From an uncultured delta proteobacterium (GTDB taxonomy: Bacteria; Desulfobacterota; Desulfomonilia; UBA1062), in contig CAWAUM010000002.1 in NCBI GenBank assembly GCA_963785235.1, positions 96,001-160,000 of the forward strand: a DNA stretch of 64,000 nt, given 5' to 3'. Below, in pieces: positions 41,350-49,446 of this stretch. Below the pieces are notes generated by a model. That model made no database searches and had not been told where the DNA came from. It worked only from the letters and a program-made list of their open reading frames with translations. The number at the start of each line of letters is the position of its first letter. Within the stretch, counting starts at the first letter, position 1. Both the position numbers and the translations under genes were made by a program.

Positions 41350-43008
41350 ATGGATGTCGAAGAGAATGGGAAGGTGGCACAGCAAAGACAGGAAGGCCAG
41401 GAAACGGCGAACAAACGTGTGACAAAAATCTTCCGCTCCATTCCTAGATGGCTGCGCTGGAGTGCCGGGATCCTTTTCGGCATTCTGCTTCTTCTTTTCA
41501 TTGCGCCTTGCTTCCTGGATGAACCGCTCCGGAAATCCATGGAAAGCAACATGAATAGCCATCTGAAAGGCTATTCGGTTCGGTTGCCCGGATTGCATTT
41601 CCAGGTGATAGGGTTATCGGTAACCCTGAAGGGATTAACCGTTTTGCAGCAGGAACACCCGAAACCTCCCGTGGCTGAGTTTCCCTATCTCAAGGCAAGT
41701 ATTCACTGGCAACAGGTTTTATTAGGCAAACTTGTTGCCGAGTTTCAACTCGACCGGCCTAAATTTCATCTCAACCTGCAACAGCTCCTCGCTGAAGCTG
41801 CCAGTAAAACACCGATCAAGGAGCGTGGATGGCAACAGGCAGTAGAAGATATTTATCCATTGAAGATCAACATCCTGAAGATAACTAACGGCGAAATGGT
41901 TTACATAGATCAGGATCCCGATCGCCCTCTTCTCCTGAGCCATATGAACCTGCAGGCAGAAAACATCCGCAATATACAAGCGCCGGACCAAGTCTACCCC
42001 TCCTCTTTCCATCTGGAAACAGTAATTTTCGGGACTGGTCATGGAGTCATCGACGGCAAAGCCAACTTCCTGGCCGAACCGGTTCCGGGAATAAATGCCG
42101 ATTTCAAGCTGAAAAAGGTCCCACTCGACTATTTCAAGCCAGTGTTCGCCCGCGCAAATCTGTCCATAAGCAAAGGTGAATTCTTCGCTTCAGGTAGAGC
42201 GGAGTATGCTCCGAAAGTAAAGACAGCTCATGTGAAAGACCTCACTATCAATAACCTGGAAATTGATTACATCCACACTACAGGTACTGCCGCCGCCGAA
42301 AAGAAACGTGCCCTCGAAGTCAAAAAAACAGCAGACAAGGTGAGCAACGATCCGAGTATGCTGCTCCGTATCGATCAGTTGAATCTGAACAGAAGCACCA
42401 TCGGCATGATCAATAAGAGCGTCAGTCCGCCTTACCGTATCTTCCTCGCCGATACCGATATTCATCTTACCAATCTCTCCAATCAGTTTGCACAGGGTCC
42501 TGCCGAAGCCAGGCTTCGGGGAAAATTCATGGGAAGCGGCGATACGGCTGCGGTGGCACACTTCCGGCCGGAAAAGAACGGGCCCGATTTCGATATCGAT
42601 CTTAAAATAAAGGATACAAAGCTGGTCTCAATGAACGATCTGCTTCGAACTTACGGAAATTTCGACGTCACTGCCGGCCTCTTTTCATTTTACACCGAGC
42701 TGCATGTCAAGAACAACGCCATTACAGGCTACGTTAAACCTCTTTTCAGAGATATGAAGGTATACGACAAGCGAAAAGATAAAGAGAAAAGCGTTTTCCA
42801 TAATATGTACGAGATGATGGTTGGCGGTGTCGCCAAGCTTCTCGAAAACAGGCCTCGAGGCGAGGTCGCAACCAAAGCAGATATTTCCGGACCGGTGGGG
42901 AGTCCAAAAACAAATACACTCCAGATCATTGGTCAACTCATCAAGAACGCCTTCTTCATGGCTATTCTCCCCGGCCTCGAAAAAGAGGATCCCAGCTTGA
43001 GGCGATGA
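41350..43008 (+). CDS. DUF748-domain (AsmA-like) envelope protein
   Basis: N-terminal TM anchor, beta-rich repeats, NDLLRTYGNFDVTAG.FSFYTEL...GYVKPLF, LIKNAFF.AILPG. Confidence 0.78.
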   Translation: MDVEENGKVAQQRQEGQETANKRVTKIFRSIPRWLRWSAGILFGILLLLFIAPCFLDEPLRKSMESNMNSHLKGYSVRLPGLHFQVIGLSVTLKGLTVLQQEHPKPPVAEFPYLKASIHWQQVLLGKLVAEFQLDRPKFHLNLQQLLAEAASKTPIKERGWQQAVEDIYPLKINILKITNGEMVYIDQDPDRPLLLSHMNLQAENIRNIQAPDQVYPSSFHLETVIFGTGHGVIDGKANFLAEPVPGINADFKLKKVPLDYFKPVFARANLSISKGEFFASGRAEYAPKVKTAHVKDLTINNLEIDYIHTTGTAAAEKKRALEVKKTADKVSNDPSMLLRIDQLNLNRSTIGMINKSVSPPYRIFLADTDIHLTNLSNQFAQGPAEARLRGKFMGSGDTAAVAHFRPEKNGPDFDIDLKIKDTKLVSMNDLLRTYGNFDVTAGLFSFYTELHVKNNAITGYVKPLFRDMKVYDKRKDKEKSVFHNMYEMMVGGVAKLLENRPRGEVATKADISGPVGSPKTNTLQIIGQLIKNAFFMAILPGLEKEDPSLRR

Positions 43009-43056
43009 AGTGCCTCGCTCTTTTAATGACGATCCCACCTTCACGTCATCTTAATT

Positions 43057-43090
43057 CCTCTTTATATTGAGGTTCCACCAAATATTGAGG
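43057..43090 (+). promoter_or_regulatory. Putative upstream activating sequence, copy 2
   Basis: CCTCTTTATATTGAGG-TT-CCACCAAATATTGAGG. Same 18-bp period and about 100 bp spacing as copy 1. Confidence 0.6.
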
Positions 43091-43189
43091 CTAAACGGAT
43101 CATTTCATACTTTGCTGCTGTTCTTACTTATTCATTTAACCTGCTGTTAATAAATATTTATTTCAGATTTCTGATATTCTTTGAGCTCT

Positions 43190-43205
43190 TGGCCGGCCAT
43201 TTGCT
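43190..43205 (+). promoter_or_regulatory. sigma54 -24/-12 promoter, copy 2
   Basis: TGGCCGGCCATTTGCT fits TGGC-N7-TTGCW. Confidence 0.75.
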
Positions 43206-43216
43206 GTAACACTTGC

Positions 43217-43801
43217 ATGATCATGTTAATCATACGCATGAAGGTCCTTTCTGAAAAACACATAGAGTTGTTACAGACGATTGCTTCACTTTCCAGCTCC
43301 ACAAGAATGGAGAAAGGATGCCAGTGCTGGGACTTCTGCCAGAGCACTGAAGATGAAAATCGACTCTTTCTTCTTGAAGAATGGGATACACAGGAGAACC
43401 TTATGACCCATCTGAAGTCGGAGCATTTCAGGGTGCTCCGGGGGGCCATGAATCTTCTCGAAGAGCCCTATGAATGGGGGTTCTACACCGATTACAACCC
43501 GGCAGAGTTGGAGAGATTTAATCGAGAAACTGATTCTCTGGCGTATCTCCTGTTGCCGGAAAATTATCATTTGAACCAAAAAAGCTCAGCAGTCAAATCT
43601 AAATCCTATGGGAGGAATACCATGAAATCCAGTACGAAGGACCAGGCGGAAGGCAAGTTTCACAAAGTAAAAGGTAAGATCAAGGAGGTAGCCGGGAAAC
43701 TCAGCGATAATCCAAAGTTGGAAGCTGAAGGTGCCATTGAAAAGATAACCGGCAAAGCTCAGGAAAAGATCGGTCAGGTCGAGAGGGTTTTGGAGAAGTA
43801 G
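43217..43801 (+). CDS. ABM-family (putative quinol monooxygenase) protein reading in frame into csbD copy 2
   Basis: TRMEKGC....QSTEDENRLFLLEEWDTQENLMTHLKSEHF ABM pattern. No stop before csbD. Confidence 0.75.
   Translation: MIMLIIRMKVLSEKHIELLQTIASLSSSTRMEKGCQCWDFCQSTEDENRLFLLEEWDTQENLMTHLKSEHFRVLRGAMNLLEEPYEWGFYTDYNPAELERFNRETDSLAYLLLPENYHLNQKSSAVKSKSYGRNTMKSSTKDQAEGKFHKVKGKIKEVAGKLSDNPKLEAEGAIEKITGKAQEKIGQVERVLEK
43622..43801 (+). CDS. CsbD-family general stress protein, copy 2
   Basis: Own GGGAGG RBS. MKSSTKDQAEGKFHKVKGKIKEVAGK. Confidence 0.88.
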   Translation: MKSSTKDQAEGKFHKVKGKIKEVAGKLSDNPKLEAEGAIEKITGKAQEKIGQVERVLEK

Positions 43802-43945
43802 TGAGAGCGGGGTATCATGCAACGACATGTCCATGTGCTTCCGGATGCGGTTGCATGATGCACAACAACCGGGACTCCGAAACCATGAAGTCTTCTCAGA
43901 TTAAAAGTGTTCAATAAATAACAACAATAAAAGGAGAACGAACAA

Positions 43946-44698
43946 ATGAAAGTAATCTATTCTATATCTCTAATGGTTGCAGCGGTGGCTATGCTGGCGA
44001 TAAGTGTACCTGTGCACGCTTCGAAAATGGACACCCGCATCGAAACAGCTGCCAAGCAGTCATATGTGTTCAAGACCTACCTCAAGGCTGATGATATCAA
44101 GGTCAAGTCCGTGGATGGTGTTGTGAGCTTAACGGGAACTGTCTCTGAAGAATCCCATAAGTCATTAGCCCAGGAGACCGTGGCGAGCTTGCCAGGGGTA
44201 AAGAGTGTGGACAACAAACTGGAAATCAAAGGAGAAAGCCCTGCCGAGAATTCCGATGCATGGATCACAACGAAAGTGAAAACCATGCTCCTGTATCATC
44301 GGAATGTGAGTGGTATGACAGAGGTTAACACCAAAGACGGAATCGTCACCCTGCAAGGCGAAGCGGACAGCCAGGCACAAAAGGATCTGACGACTGAATA
44401 CGTCAAGGATGTCGAAGGGGTTAAAGGCGTAAATAATCAGATGGCCATGACAAAGACCGTAAAGAAGACACAAACCACAGGCCAAAAGATTGATGACTCC
44501 TCCATCACCGCCCAGGTCAAGATGACGCTGCTCTATCACCGCTCGACCAGCGCTCTCAATACCAAGGTCACTACGAAGAATGGCGTGGTTACATTGAGTG
44601 GTAAAGCCGCCAACGCAGCTGAAAAGGATCTGGCCACCAGATACGCCAACGACGTAAACGGTGTGAAGGCTGTGAAGAACATGATGACTATCGAATAG
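43946..44698 (+). CDS. Periplasmic BON-domain (OsmY-like) protein with three BON repeats
   Basis: Signal peptide. Repeats DGVVSLTG..GVKSVDN, DGIVTLQG..GVKGVNN, NGVVTLSG..GVKAVKN. Confidence 0.92.
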   Translation: MKVIYSISLMVAAVAMLAISVPVHASKMDTRIETAAKQSYVFKTYLKADDIKVKSVDGVVSLTGTVSEESHKSLAQETVASLPGVKSVDNKLEIKGESPAENSDAWITTKVKTMLLYHRNVSGMTEVNTKDGIVTLQGEADSQAQKDLTTEYVKDVEGVKGVNNQMAMTKTVKKTQTTGQKIDDSSITAQVKMTLLYHRSTSALNTKVTTKNGVVTLSGKAANAAEKDLATRYANDVNGVKAVKNMMTIE

Positions 44699-44704
44699 TA
44701 GTCA

Positions 44705-44739
44705 GGAGAGATTCTCCCGGCTCGCCGGGGAATCTCTCC
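44705..44739 (+). other. Strong intercistronic hairpin between the BON gene and the lmo0937-like gene
   Basis: GGAGAGATTCTCCCGG-CTCG-CCGGGGAATCTCTCC, with no T tail. Confidence 0.7.
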
Positions 44740-44753
44740 GAAAGGAGGATCAA

Positions 44754-44900
44754 ATGTTGTGGACGATTGCCGTAATACTGATAGTTCTGTGGCTGCTGGG
44801 GTTGGTGAGCAGTTACACCATGGGAGGGTTAATTCACATCTTGCTGGTGATTGCCATTATCGTTGTGCTGGTCAGCGTCATTCAGGGGCGACGAGGGTAG
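44754..44900 (+). CDS. lmo0937-family small membrane protein (48 aa)
   Basis: AAGGAGG RBS. MLWTIAVILIVLWLLGLVSSYTMGGLIHILLVIAIIVVLVSVIQGRRG. Not in the ORF track. Confidence 0.88.
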   Translation: MLWTIAVILIVLWLLGLVSSYTMGGLIHILLVIAIIVVLVSVIQGRRG

Positions 44901-45104
44901 TAAAGCGGTCCTCTTGTCCCAAAAAGACAAGGAATCATGCCATAACCAGCATAGCAAGAGATGGAAAAGCGGCAGAGTAATATAAGTCCAAAGTTCCTTG
45001 TGAGATGGGTAGTAGTAAGACCAAACTCCAGCTAAAGAACCGCGGATAACTACCTACAATAACCAATTTCATAAGTAGCCTATACTTCCTCAATATTCCC
45101 CTTT

Positions 45105-45134
45105 TGGGGAGCTGCAACGGCTCCCCCATTTTTT
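45105..45134 (+). terminator. Intrinsic terminator at the end of the stress cluster
   Basis: GGGGAGC-TGCAACG-GCTCCCC stem followed by a T6 run. Confidence 0.7.
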
Positions 45135-45212
45135 CAAAAAAAAGTCATGAACCAGGTTTCACACTGAGAAAGAAAAGTTGAGGATATACTTTTTATGACA
45201 CCTTACTATTGT

Positions 45213-45833
45213 TTAGTTCTTTTCCTGTAAGTTCTTCTGCTGTTGTGTTGCTGTCCTGACCGCCTCTTTGATGTCTTTATTATTAGGGTCAATGACAAGA
45301 AGACTCTGCCAGAGCATTATAGCCTTATCGAGGTTACCTTTCCTATATTCCTGAAATCCCTGCATGGAAAGAGTCTTCTTACAGTAAGAGAGCTTTGTAT
45401 TCAAATAAGCACTGTTGAATGAGAGCATCTTACTAACATTGTTAAATTTTGCATAATTGTTCTGCAGAACGTAATACATTCTCCCCGCAGAGGCAACATC
45501 CCTCTTTTCTAAAGCCTTGTCGGCGGCTGACTTGATACCTTCAAGGCTCTTCGCATACTCTTTTTCCAATGGCAGATCCTGTGGCTGCTTGCGGCACTCG
45601 GCACTGTAGATGTCAATAGCCCTCTGGTACTCACCTGCATCCATATATTGCCTGGCCAATGTTATGGCTTGAACTGTTACTTGACTGGGTGTCTGCGACT
45701 TATGCTTGACATGGGCCGATGTCTTGACAGGACTTTTTGGTGATGTCCAGCTTTTCATCTCAGCACACGACTGTATGGTGAGCAAGAGTATAAGGGCTAA
45801 GAGAAGCAGTTTTGGTCTAAGGAGATCCATCAT
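45213..45833 (-). CDS. TPR-like putative lipoprotein
   Basis: Signal with lipobox-like IQSC. TPR-like helices (AGEYQRAIDIY, GNLDKAIMLWQSLLVIDPNN). Overlaps the HD-GYP stop. Confidence 0.75.
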   Translation of the reverse strand: MMDLLRPKLLLLALILLLTIQSCAEMKSWTSPKSPVKTSAHVKHKSQTPSQVTVQAITLARQYMDAGEYQRAIDIYSAECRKQPQDLPLEKEYAKSLEGIKSAADKALEKRDVASAGRMYYVLQNNYAKFNNVSKMLSFNSAYLNTKLSYCKKTLSMQGFQEYRKGNLDKAIMLWQSLLVIDPNNKDIKEAVRTATQQQKNLQEKN

Positions 45834-47317
45834 CGGACCGCCTTCTTAACAGACAGCGGCATAGTATGGACACTGTGCTTTTCCATCAACTCAACGAATA
45901 CAGTGACAAGCTCCGGACGGAACTGTATCCCCGACATACGAGTGATCTCACGCAATGCTTCTTCCTCGGAGAGGGCCTTCCTGTAGGGCCTGTCCGAGGT
46001 CATCGCATCAAATGTGTCACCTATGGTTATTATTGCTGCAAACAGGGGAATATTGTCTCCGACCAATTCATCGGGATAGCCTTTGCCGTTGTGCCACTCA
46101 TGGTGGTGCCGAGTGGAAGGGATATACTTGACTAACGAGGGAGCCCAGCTAAGAATGGATGCTCCGTACTCCACGTGGTGCATCATTTCCTTATATTCAG
46201 CTGGGCTGAGTTTACCTGGCTTGAGCAGAATGGAGTCTGGAATCTTTATCTTACCGACATCATGAAAGAGGCACGCTACCTCCAGGTCTGTCAGCTCATC
46301 TTTGGAAAGGCCCATCTCTTTTCCAATGAGCAGCGACAGCTGTGCTACCCGTGCGGAATGCCCATGGGTATAGGAGTCTCTTGCATCTATGGCTGCAGCC
46401 ACTACCTTGACAATGGAAACATAAGCGTCTTCAAGATCCTGGGCATATCTATTCAGTTTGCCCCTTTGATCTGCTATCTGGGCCGACATTTCATTAAAAT
46501 TGCGTGTAAGATTACCCAACTCATCTTGAGAATAGATCCTGAGGGGATTCTTTGCTGTTCCATTTTTCAGTTCATCCACGCCTGCTGAGAGTTCTTTTAT
46601 AGGCTTTATCAGGAAAGATGCCAGCAGCGAACTGGCAATAATTCCAAGAACGACAATGATTCCGAAGACTATAAGTATTCTGTCAGTGACTTTTCTCTGT
46701 GCCTCTATCAGTACAGACCTGTTCATGCCGAGAATCACACTGCCCAGAGACTTATTCATGAAAACAATGGGGCATGATATTTCGAAAATAGTGCCTGATC
46801 GGGTAGGTAATTCTCTTATCATAGTCCCGTCAGCAGCCTTTCTGAGAAGTCGGCCATGGGTGATTAATATAGTCTCCCCGATCATAGGGGTATCGCTATG
46901 GACAATGGCCTTCCTGTTCGGATCGACGATGACCACATAAGGCATGTCACTATTTGATGACTTTGCTTTATAAACAAGAGTATCCAGACCCAGGAGATCT
47001 CTTGACAGAAGGCTGTACCCTGCCGATGCAGCGATACTTTTCCCCACGGATTCCCCTCGTTTGATAATCTCATTCAATATGTAATTGTTCATTATCTGGA
47101 GAGTCATAATACACAGGATAAAAGAAGTGCTGGTGAGGAGAATAACCGTAAAGAAAGCAATCTTGAATCTTAGATTGGCAGAACGGTATCGTTGTGACAT
47201 CAACAGCAGCGCGGCCTTGAAGAACTTCAAGAGCGTATGTAAATATGAAGCTATTTTCAGCGCAAATGATCTTTGCCCTGAAAAAAACCGTTGTGTAGCT
47301 CCCATAATCGTTGGCAT
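45830..47317 (-). CDS. Membrane HAMP plus HD-GYP c-di-GMP phosphodiesterase (start uncertain)
   Basis: Two TMs, periplasmic sensor, HAMP (DELGNLTRNFNEM), YTHGHSARVA, HDVGK, HHEWHNGKGYP, DAMTSDRPYR. Confidence 0.9.
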   Translation of the reverse strand: MPTIMGATQRFFSGQRSFALKIASYLHTLLKFFKAALLLMSQRYRSANLRFKIAFFTVILLTSTSFILCIMTLQIMNNYILNEIIKRGESVGKSIAASAGYSLLSRDLLGLDTLVYKAKSSNSDMPYVVIVDPNRKAIVHSDTPMIGETILITHGRLLRKAADGTMIRELPTRSGTIFEISCPIVFMNKSLGSVILGMNRSVLIEAQRKVTDRILIVFGIIVVLGIIASSLLASFLIKPIKELSAGVDELKNGTAKNPLRIYSQDELGNLTRNFNEMSAQIADQRGKLNRYAQDLEDAYVSIVKVVAAAIDARDSYTHGHSARVAQLSLLIGKEMGLSKDELTDLEVACLFHDVGKIKIPDSILLKPGKLSPAEYKEMMHHVEYGASILSWAPSLVKYIPSTRHHHEWHNGKGYPDELVGDNIPLFAAIITIGDTFDAMTSDRPYRKALSEEEALREITRMSGIQFRPELVTVFVELMEKHSVHTMPLSVKKAVR

Positions 47318-47596
47318 CTTCACACAAAGTACCCAGTCCTCTTTATCGGCGAAAAAAAGGTAACACTTGAATTTACTCAACCTTGCTGCAGCCGTGTGCT
47401 GTATTAAAAAAAGTGTGGTTTTTATAGATATGCTCCAAGCGTGGCCTCTCAGCCAATTGTCACACTCTGGTTTGACCGACCGGTTTAACCATAATGAGAT
47501 GTGACACCCCGGTTCAGTTTGCCCGTTCTTCTGACGTGAATCAAAACGATGCTTTGTGGTTTTACATCCAGGAAAATATTTGGTATACCATAATCC

Positions 47597-48196
47597 ATGA
47601 AGGTTGAAACATGGATGGTCAAGGAAGTAGTCACCATAGGGAGTAATGCGGCCATCAAAGATGCTCTTATGGTTATGAAGAAGCACTCTGTACGGCATCT
47701 GCCCGTGGTGGACAACGGCGCTTTTGTGGGCCTGGTGGCGCTTGGGGACCTCAAGCAGGCCATCATTGCATCCATGATCGAGCAGCTCAAGATAAGTGAT
47801 GTGATGATCCGCGAGCCCTACACGACCTCCAAGGATACTCCCCTTGAGAAGGCCGCTCAGATCATCTATGAAAAGCGCATCGGGTGCCTGCCTGTAATGG
47901 AAGATGATAAGCTCGTGGGTATCCTCACGGTAAATGATATCCTGAAGGCCTTCATAGACATGCTGGGCGTGCTCAAGGGCGGCTCACGCATCGATGTAAT
48001 CCTGAAAAATGTTCACGGGTCATTTGATGAGGTGGTATCCATCATCGAGTCCAAGGGGGGGTACATCATCAGCGCCGGCATGACCATGAACGGTGAGGAT
48101 AACACCCACCATTTCCGCATATCCGGCGGCGATGCGTCTGAGATCGCCCGGGAGCTGACGAACATGGGCTACCGAGGGATCAAGCTCATAGATTAA
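47597..48196 (+). CDS. CBS-pair plus ACT protein (AcuB-like)
   Basis: RHLPVVD..VGLV and IGCLPV..LVGILT CBS pair, followed by an ACT-like tail. Confidence 0.88.
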   Translation: MKVETWMVKEVVTIGSNAAIKDALMVMKKHSVRHLPVVDNGAFVGLVALGDLKQAIIASMIEQLKISDVMIREPYTTSKDTPLEKAAQIIYEKRIGCLPVMEDDKLVGILTVNDILKAFIDMLGVLKGGSRIDVILKNVHGSFDEVVSIIESKGGYIISAGMTMNGEDNTHHFRISGGDASEIARELTNMGYRGIKLID

Positions 48197-48477
48197 TCCT
48201 GCAAACGCCCAGTTATCTCCTCAAGGCTCACTCCCTCAAGGGAAACAATCTTGTTCCTGTTCCGTTCTCCCTGAATGATGGATATTCTTGATTTCGCAAT
48301 GCCGAGACGTTTGGAAAGAAACCTGATAAGGGCATCATTGGCCTTGCCCTCAACAGCAGGGGCATTCAGGCGGATAATCAGGGCGTCATTCTTGACCTCA
48401 CCGATGCCTTCCTTGGAGGAGTTGGGCTGAACCCTGCATGAAAGGACTACTGAAACCCCTTTTTGGCTAACCCACAT
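48193..48477 (-). CDS. DUF167 / YggU family protein
   Basis: RVQPNSSK, APAVEGKANDALIRFL, GERNRNK. Confidence 0.9.
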   Translation of the reverse strand: MWVSQKGVSVVLSCRVQPNSSKEGIGEVKNDALIIRLNAPAVEGKANDALIRFLSKRLGIAKSRISIIQGERNRNKIVSLEGVSLEEITGRLQD

Positions 48478-48985
48478 TCCCCTTGTCTCTGATCCAGGCC
48501 TGATATGAATCCAGGATCGCATTGAGCTCGGTAAAGAGTGACGACCTTTTATTCTTCAGGTCTGCCAGGCTCCGCTCGATTTCAGTTTTTGACCGCTCCG
48601 CCTCCCTTAAGACCTCCCTGGCCTTGAGTGTTACATGGGTATGCAGCTCCTGGGCCTTCTGCTCCGCCTCCACGAGTTTCTGGTTGGCAGCGAGCTGTAT
48701 GTCAGAGGCCTTCTTTTCGGCATCAGCCAGGATGGAACTTGCGTCGAGATCCACACGCTTCATCTTTTCATCCGAGAACTGTTTGACTGAGAGGAAGAGG
48801 TCTTCCAAGTCCTTCTGCCTGCGCCTTACCGTTTCCACCTCGCTCTTGAGCATGGAGTTCTCCTCAATGAGCATCTCCATGTCTTCGGCCATGTCCATGA
48901 GGAAGGCTATCACTTCATTCTTGTCAAACCCGGACAGCTTAACCTTAAAGCGCTGCTCCCGGATCATCTCGGGCGAGAGTTTCAT
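48467..48985 (-). CDS. DivIVA-domain protein
   Basis: MKLSPEMIREQRFKVKLSGFDKNEV..FL followed by coiled coil. Lies in a yggT-divIVA-DUF167 cluster. Confidence 0.9.
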   Translation of the reverse strand: MKLSPEMIREQRFKVKLSGFDKNEVIAFLMDMAEDMEMLIEENSMLKSEVETVRRRQKDLEDLFLSVKQFSDEKMKRVDLDASSILADAEKKASDIQLAANQKLVEAEQKAQELHTHVTLKAREVLREAERSKTEIERSLADLKNKRSSLFTELNAILDSYQAWIRDKGNVG

Positions 48986-49294
48986 CTATAGCCCCCCTTT
49001 CAGCCTGTACCCGGTTTCAATGATAGTACTGGCCAGGGCGTACTTGAGGAAGACGATAGCCGCTATGATGATGATGGGCGAGAGGTCGATCCCGCCGATC
49101 ACGATGGGAAGCCGCCTGCGGATCCAGGAAAAGAGAGGATAGGTAGCGCTGCGAAGGAACTTGACGATCGGGTTGTATGGATCCGGGTTCACCCACGAGA
49201 TGAGCGCACCGATGATGACGATCCACATGTAGATGCTCAGGATGATATCCAGGACATTGCCCAAACCGATGAGTATATTGCCGAGGATATACAT
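48986..49294 (-). CDS. yggT: YggT-family membrane protein
   Basis: ISWVNPDPYNPIV, GGIDLSP. Confidence 0.93.
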   Translation of the reverse strand: MYILGNILIGLGNVLDIILSIYMWIVIIGALISWVNPDPYNPIVKFLRSATYPLFSWIRRRLPIVIGGIDLSPIIIIAAIVFLKYALASTIIETGYRLKGGL

Positions 49295-49446
49295 AGACCC
49301 CCCCTTACCTCCTGTGTGTAATCATTTTCCTTTTTGCAGGTTTCACTCTGAGAATGCAAGGGATTTTCCTCCGATTTTAAGCCTATTCGAAAATCTGGCC
49401 ATACGGATGCTTGCAGCGGGAATAAAGCTCTGCTAAACCTTGGGGT

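Larger units (their letters stand above)
43057..43820 (+). repeat. Diverged direct duplicate of 39379-39875 (enhancer, sigma54 promoter, ABM start, csbD)
   Basis: Colinear shared strings: TTGAGGTTCC, CATTTCATACTT, GGCCATTTGC, ATGAAGGTCCTTTCTGA, ATTGCTTCACT, CAGTACGAAGGACCAG, GGAAGGCAAGTTTCACAAAGTAAA, GGAGAAGTAGTGAG. Confidence 0.9.

Noticed and set aside
47400-47560. GGGCAAAC on the minus strand upstream of HD-GYP, suggesting a c-di-GMP-I riboswitch
   Set aside because: No GNRA-capped P2 or GACGCAAA-type segment follows.
49396-49411. TGGCCATACGGATGCT as a sigma54 promoter for smc
   Set aside because: Spacing fits, but the -12 element is weak, no enhancer was seen, and the match is plausible by chance.
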